Part shown: positions 60,222-64,000 of the stretch, piece by piece
How positions within the stretch are numbered: the stretch's first letter is position 1
How the letters are laid out: each line of letters starts with the position of its first letter
Virus record (IMG/VR): IMGVR_UViG_3300029913_000001
DNA length: 64,000 nt
Reading direction: 5' to 3' (one strand)
Source of the DNA: a virus
Taxonomy: Duplodnaviria; Caudoviricetes
Position numbers and translations under genes: made by a program
Notes under the pieces: model-generated
Told to the model about the DNA's origin: nothing
What the model saw: only the letters and a program-made list of their open reading frames with translations
Database searches by the model: none

Positions 60222-60296
60222 ATTAACTAAATTAATAAAATTGGGAACAAAATATGTTGTCTATTTGTCAAAGTTTACGATTACGTTAGGTGTATT

Positions 60297-60713
60297 ATGA
60301 TTATTGGGGCTGGCGCACTGGTTTATGCTAAAGAAACACATCGAGCTCTTTTTTTACTTCGTAATAATACGAAAACAAGAGGAACCTGGGGAATACCGGG
60401 CGGAAAAATAGTTGAATCGGAATCTATTATTACAGGATTACATAGAGAATTATTCGAAGAATTAGGAGTTAATTTATCCTTTACTAAATATTATCCATTG
60501 GACGTATACACTTCGCCTGACGATAAATTTAAGTATTATTCTTTTTTGCTGCAAATAGAAAATGAATTCTTACCAATTCTTAACAATGAACATAGCGGAT
60601 ATTGCTGGACTAAACTAGATAAATTTCCAAAACCCTTACATCCCGGTCTTTTTTCAACCTTAAATATTTCTGTTATTCAAGAGAAAATTAAAATCATAGA
60701 AGAAACGCTATGA
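60297..60713 (+). CDS. Nudix hydrolase
   Basis: complete Nudix box G-KIVES-E-SIITGLH-RELFEELG. Confidence 0.92.
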   Translation: MIIGAGALVYAKETHRALFLLRNNTKTRGTWGIPGGKIVESESIITGLHRELFEELGVNLSFTKYYPLDVYTSPDDKFKYYSFLLQIENEFLPILNNEHSGYCWTKLDKFPKPLHPGLFSTLNISVIQEKIKIIEETL

Positions 60714-61112
60714 TTTTTTTCCTAAATATGATTTCAATATACCAGTAATTTTTGCCGGTGAATATACAACACATATCATTAAAATTGAAAAATAACACAG
60801 AGACATAATATTTGGTGGTATATTTTTAGTAACAACTATTAGATACACCAAAATAGCTAATGATGTCCAAATAATAGATAACGTGCCTAATCTCGCAGTA
60901 CTGCCTGAGCCATTCTCGGCGGATAATACCGACCGCATAAAGGGCTTATCCCAATTTGACATATTAGGATTATAAGTTTCCGCTCCGGTATCATCTTCTT
61001 CGGATAGTTCAACATTCTGCACATTTTGAACATTCTGTACATTTTGCGCATTTTGCACATTTAAAGTTGATGACGTTGCTATCGCTTGCTCAGGTAATAT
61101 CATATCTTTCAC
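60708..61112 (-). CDS. two-TM membrane protein with NVQ repeats
   Basis: two hydrophobic segments; GTG start. Confidence 0.65.
   Translation of the reverse strand: MKDMILPEQAIATSSTLNVQNAQNVQNVQNVQNVELSEEDDTGAETYNPNMSNWDKPFMRSVLSAENGSGSTARLGTLSIIWTSLAILVYLIVVTKNIPPNIMSLCYFSILMICVVYSPAKITGILKSYLGKKS
61012..61062. repeat. 9-bp tandem repeat (~5.5 copies) encoding (N-V/A-Q)n
   Basis: ACATT[CT]TG[CAT] units. Confidence 0.8.
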
Positions 61113-61123
61113 CCCAATAATAT

Positions 61124-61204
61124 TTATGCGATTATTATGATATTACCGAAGTCATTAATTAATCGCTGCTCGTTATATTCCAATAATAATTCAATTATTT
61201 TCAT
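61124..61204 (-). pseudogene. 26-codon truncated duplicate of the 63459 gene start
   Basis: MKIIELLLEYNEQRLINDFGN then IIIIA*. Confidence 0.75.
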
Positions 61205-61217
61205 ATTAGTATTTATA
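61141..61217 (-). repeat. left arm of 77-bp inverted repeat (partner 63446-63522)
   Basis: 76/77 identity, single synonymous mismatch. Confidence 0.92.
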
Positions 61218-61228
61218 TAAATAGCTAT

Positions 61229-61657
61229 ATGAAAATAGCCGAGATAAGTAGAACTTCGAACAATGTTATAGAACGAGAAATGATTGGCTCACAATTAAGA
61301 GATATATTAATGTCCGATCAATCATTGGCAAAAGAAATTAAATATTTGCCTATATCTCGGTTACGCGACGAAATTCATTTAACGTTATGGGCTGATAAAA
61401 AATTAATTGGCGATCTAGAATTGCAGCAAAATCCATATAAAGAGAATCAACTATGGTTAATGCACGTCGCGGTTAGACAGGGCTACGAAGGTAAGGGCTA
61501 TGCAAAAAAATTAATTATTTGGGCAGTTAATAAAGCGCAAAAGAATAACAAAGAATTAAAATTATCCTCGTATAGTGAAGACGGACGAAATAAATTAGTT
61601 CCGTTGATTAATCGATTGTCAAACAATAATAAAACAATTATTCCCGCAACGGAGTAG
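61229..61657 (+). CDS. tagged GNAT acetyltransferase
   Basis: MKIAEI tag; LMHVAV..YEGKGYAKKLI motif A; TATAAATA 61216-61223. Confidence 0.8.
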   Translation: MKIAEISRTSNNVIEREMIGSQLRDILMSDQSLAKEIKYLPISRLRDEIHLTLWADKKLIGDLELQQNPYKENQLWLMHVAVRQGYEGKGYAKKLIIWAVNKAQKNNKELKLSSYSEDGRNKLVPLINRLSNNNKTIIPATE

Positions 61658-61665
61658 GAGAATAT

Positions 61666-62403
61666 ATGCTAAACCGAAAATTAGGCCGTAAGGCAATTAT
61701 CAAAGACTCACGCACTCTTCGCCTCGCAAATTACCTAGTGGAAGCATTACCCCCACCACCTGTTAGTTGCGATTGGACAAACGGCGTAACAGAATGGGGA
61801 ATGATGGCCAACGATCGATTAGGTTGTTGTACAATTGCCGCTTGTGGGCACGGATTGCAAACATGGTCTGCTAATGCCGCAACTGAAATAACGGTAACGG
61901 ATGATGATGTGTTATCATATTATGAACAGTGGGATGGATATAATCCGCAAGATCCTTCATCTGATAATGGTGGTATTGAAATTAATGTACTTACTAACTG
62001 GCGAAATTCTGGGTTTGCTAATCATAAATTGATTGGTTTTATGTCAGCCAATGTTAAGAATCAGACCGAAATTAAGACCGCTATTTCTATGTTTGGTGGA
62101 GTTTATATTGGCGTAAGTTTACCTATGTCTGCTCAGTCTCAAATGGTATGGGATATTAGCACGGGTGACGCTGCTATTCCTGGAAGTTGGGGCGGCCATG
62201 CTGTTTTTGCAGTAGCGTATGATGATAAGACAGTAACTTGCATTACCTGGGGAATGCTGAAAAAAATGACCTGGGCGTTTTGGAATACCTATTGCGATGA
62301 GGCATATGCATTATTAGGCCAAGATTGGTTTAATACAACCGGAGTTGCACCCAGTGGGCTAAAATCTGATCAATTGCTTGCTGATTTAGCTCTAATAAGA
62401 TAA
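61666..62403 (+). CDS. papain-like (C1-type) cysteine peptidase
   Basis: DW..WGMMAND.LGCCT (Cys), GGHAV..V.YD (His), ITWG. Confidence 0.7.
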   Translation: MLNRKLGRKAIIKDSRTLRLANYLVEALPPPPVSCDWTNGVTEWGMMANDRLGCCTIAACGHGLQTWSANAATEITVTDDDVLSYYEQWDGYNPQDPSSDNGGIEINVLTNWRNSGFANHKLIGFMSANVKNQTEIKTAISMFGGVYIGVSLPMSAQSQMVWDISTGDAAIPGSWGGHAVFAVAYDDKTVTCITWGMLKKMTWAFWNTYCDEAYALLGQDWFNTTGVAPSGLKSDQLLADLALIR

Positions 62404-62491
62404 ACGGATAAATAAGTATGCTTATTAGTTAATAAGTTTATGAAGTAAATAATCTTCGTAGGTGAGTAAAACTCACGCAGGTAGAAATATC

Positions 62492-63367
62492 ATGGGCAGA
62501 CCAATCAAACGTCAAGAATTTTTAGGAACTCAAGGTGGAGTAAATGTTACCCATCAAATTCAAAGTCTTACCTGGGGTGCCGCTGATTCAGCCGCTGTTC
62601 CCGGGTATTTAGCAAAACAGAATAGCCCAAGTAGGTTTGTTGCGCATACTAATAACGGAAGAAGTTTAACAACGCTTAGTAATGGTGCGCCAACCAGCGC
62701 CGGTTTTTCGGCAGTTAAGGTATTTCCTGTTGGCTCAGATCCAATTATTTACGCATCTGCCACCGCTAATCTTAAAGTGGTTTCCGCTTCTATAGTTTCG
62801 GGTGGTAATTTATATTCTGTCGGTAATGTTTTGACTCTTTCAGGCGGAGTTTTTGGTAACGCGGCTACCATTACGGTTAATAGTGTTTTTGCAAATAATG
62901 CCGTTAATGCGTTTACACTTAATGCTGTTGCAAATGAAGGGTATAAAGCACTACCAGCCAATATTGCGGCAGTCGCAACAACAACTGCCGGAAACGGAGC
63001 GGGCGCAATTTTTAATGTTAATTTTGGTCTTGAGTCGGTTGCTGTTGTATCAGGCGGTAGTAACTATACTTCGGCTAACATTACATTCCCGCAGGCGACA
63101 ACCGCGCCCGTTACCACTAACTCAGTTATTGGTGGAGTTTTGCAGAACAACGTAGCCGTAACATCGGCAGGCGTAATTAATATTGGAAATCCAACGGTAG
63201 TTGTTGAAGGAACCTCGGGCAATGTCGAATATGTTAAGCAAATTCGCTCTGCTGAAAAACTTTTAACATTCAGCGGTAACGAATATTTTTGGCTTCCAAA
63301 AGGTGTTCAACCACCCGCTAATTGGGCAAATCTTTCGGTTAAATTTGCATACTTAGATACCCTGTAA
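62492..63367 (+). CDS. putative virion structural protein (beta-rich)
   Basis: MGRPIK start; G/N/V/T/A-rich GGxxY repeats. Confidence 0.65.
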   Translation: MGRPIKRQEFLGTQGGVNVTHQIQSLTWGAADSAAVPGYLAKQNSPSRFVAHTNNGRSLTTLSNGAPTSAGFSAVKVFPVGSDPIIYASATANLKVVSASIVSGGNLYSVGNVLTLSGGVFGNAATITVNSVFANNAVNAFTLNAVANEGYKALPANIAAVATTTAGNGAGAIFNVNFGLESVAVVSGGSNYTSANITFPQATTAPVTTNSVIGGVLQNNVAVTSAGVINIGNPTVVVEGTSGNVEYVKQIRSAEKLLTFSGNEYFWLPKGVQPPANWANLSVKFAYLDTL

Positions 63368-63401
63368 GAATTGGTATTTTAAATAATAATCGTCTAAAGC
63401 A

Positions 63402-63432
63402 TTTTCGAGTGGTATTTAATACCACTCGAAAA
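63402..63432. terminator. palindromic terminator
   Basis: TTTTCGAGTGGTATT-t-AATACCACTCGAAAA. Confidence 0.85.
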
Positions 63433-63445
63433 TCTATTTATATAT

Positions 63446-63522
63446 TATAAATACTAATATGAAAATAATTGAATTATTACTGGAATATAACGAGCAGCGA
63501 TTAATTAATGACTTCGGTAATA
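63446..63522 (+). repeat. right arm of 77-bp inverted repeat (late promoter plus first 21 codons)
   Basis: TATAAATACTAATATGAAAATAATTGAA...TTCGGTAATA. Confidence 0.92.
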
Positions 63523-64000
63523 AATTAATTACTCGAATTAAGTCAGATGCCTCCGCGCCAAAAACATCGGATATTAAAATAGCGATTGATAATATTGCAA
63601 ATTTAGATCCCACAGGAAATAAAGAACTCACCTTTTGGTTAGTTCTTAATTACGCAAATGGCCGAATAAGTAGATATGAAGATATTGCGAGCAGAGCCAT
63701 TCCGGCTTTAATAAAATTTAAAGCATTACTTAAAAAGCCAAATCTAGAACCAAAATTAACTATTCGAGACATAAATCAGATTAAAGGCCTAACTGGGATC
63801 AAATCAACTACCCCTGAAGTCCCTGATTCTCTAGGGCTAGAAGATATTATTGACCAATACCAAGAAAAAGATGTTACTTCTACTAGCGAATTATCATCAA
63901 GTGAAGAACAAAATTTTTATAAAACCGGACAAGCCAAATTAATTTATAATGATGCTCAGGTAAAAGTTGTTGTACCAAAGACGAAAGCGGCGAGTTGTTT
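63459..64000 (+). CDS. tagged hypothetical virion protein, truncated by window end
   Basis: open frame MKIIELLLEYNEQ...KVVVPKTKAASC; TATAAATA 5 nt upstream. Confidence 0.85.
   Translation, partial: MKIIELLLEYNEQRLINDFGNKLITRIKSDASAPKTSDIKIAIDNIANLDPTGNKELTFWLVLNYANGRISRYEDIASRAIPALIKFKALLKKPNLEPKLTIRDINQIKGLTGIKSTTPEVPDSLGLEDIIDQYQEKDVTSTSELSSSEEQNFYKTGQAKLIYNDAQVKVVVPKTKAASC

Noticed and set aside
61012-61062. 9-bp tandem repeat as a regulatory or contingency locus
   Set aside because: In-frame, degenerate, encodes a low-complexity linker; unit changes would not shift the frame.
61141-63522. Site-specific phase-variation switch
   Set aside because: No invertase in the window, and flipping the segment between these arms would leave promoter-gene pairings unchanged; kept only as a duplication/inversion scar.
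1-64000. Stop-codon reassignment
   Set aside because: Core genes are full length in the standard code and TAA, TAG and TGA all end genes; breaks are explained by inteins or indels.
1-64000. tRNA/rRNA genes
   Set aside because: No cloverleaf or T-loop signature recognised by eye in intergenic gaps; a tRNAscan run would be decisive.

Overview
64 kb segment of an AT-rich, large (jumbo-type) myophage distantly related to the T4 superfamily, read in the standard genetic code. It carries a replication/recombination module (gp41/DnaB helicase, primase, a ~190-aa DnaE-like core, gp62-like clamp loader, UvsW, UvsY, UvsX/RecA, gp32 SSB), a packaging/neck/tail module (TerL, gp15, gp4, tail tube, sheath, gp13, gp14) and early-gene islands of small ORFs. 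No tRNA or CRISPR array was recognised. Most notable: (1) about 13 late genes share an N-terminal M-x-[ILF]-x-E-[ILFV] tag resembling a T4 capsid-targeting/prohead-protease site; the tagged cargo looks like modifying enzymes (5 ADP-ribosyltransferase-like paralogs, 2 kinase-fold proteins, a GNAT, a ligase-like nucleotidyltransferase); (2) a 77-bp inverted duplicate of a late promoter plus that tag; (3) both TerL and UvsW are fractured by atypically split inteins with endonuclease ORFs in the gap; (4) a 971-aa zinc-ribbon protein punctuated by protease-like sites; (5) a family of small early proteins sharing a C-terminal LIxKLSx tail; (6) a repeated ~190-bp early promoter module and widespread leaderless starts. 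All functional calls come from motif reading by eye; no database searches were run. Some frameshifts may be homopolymer sequencing errors.
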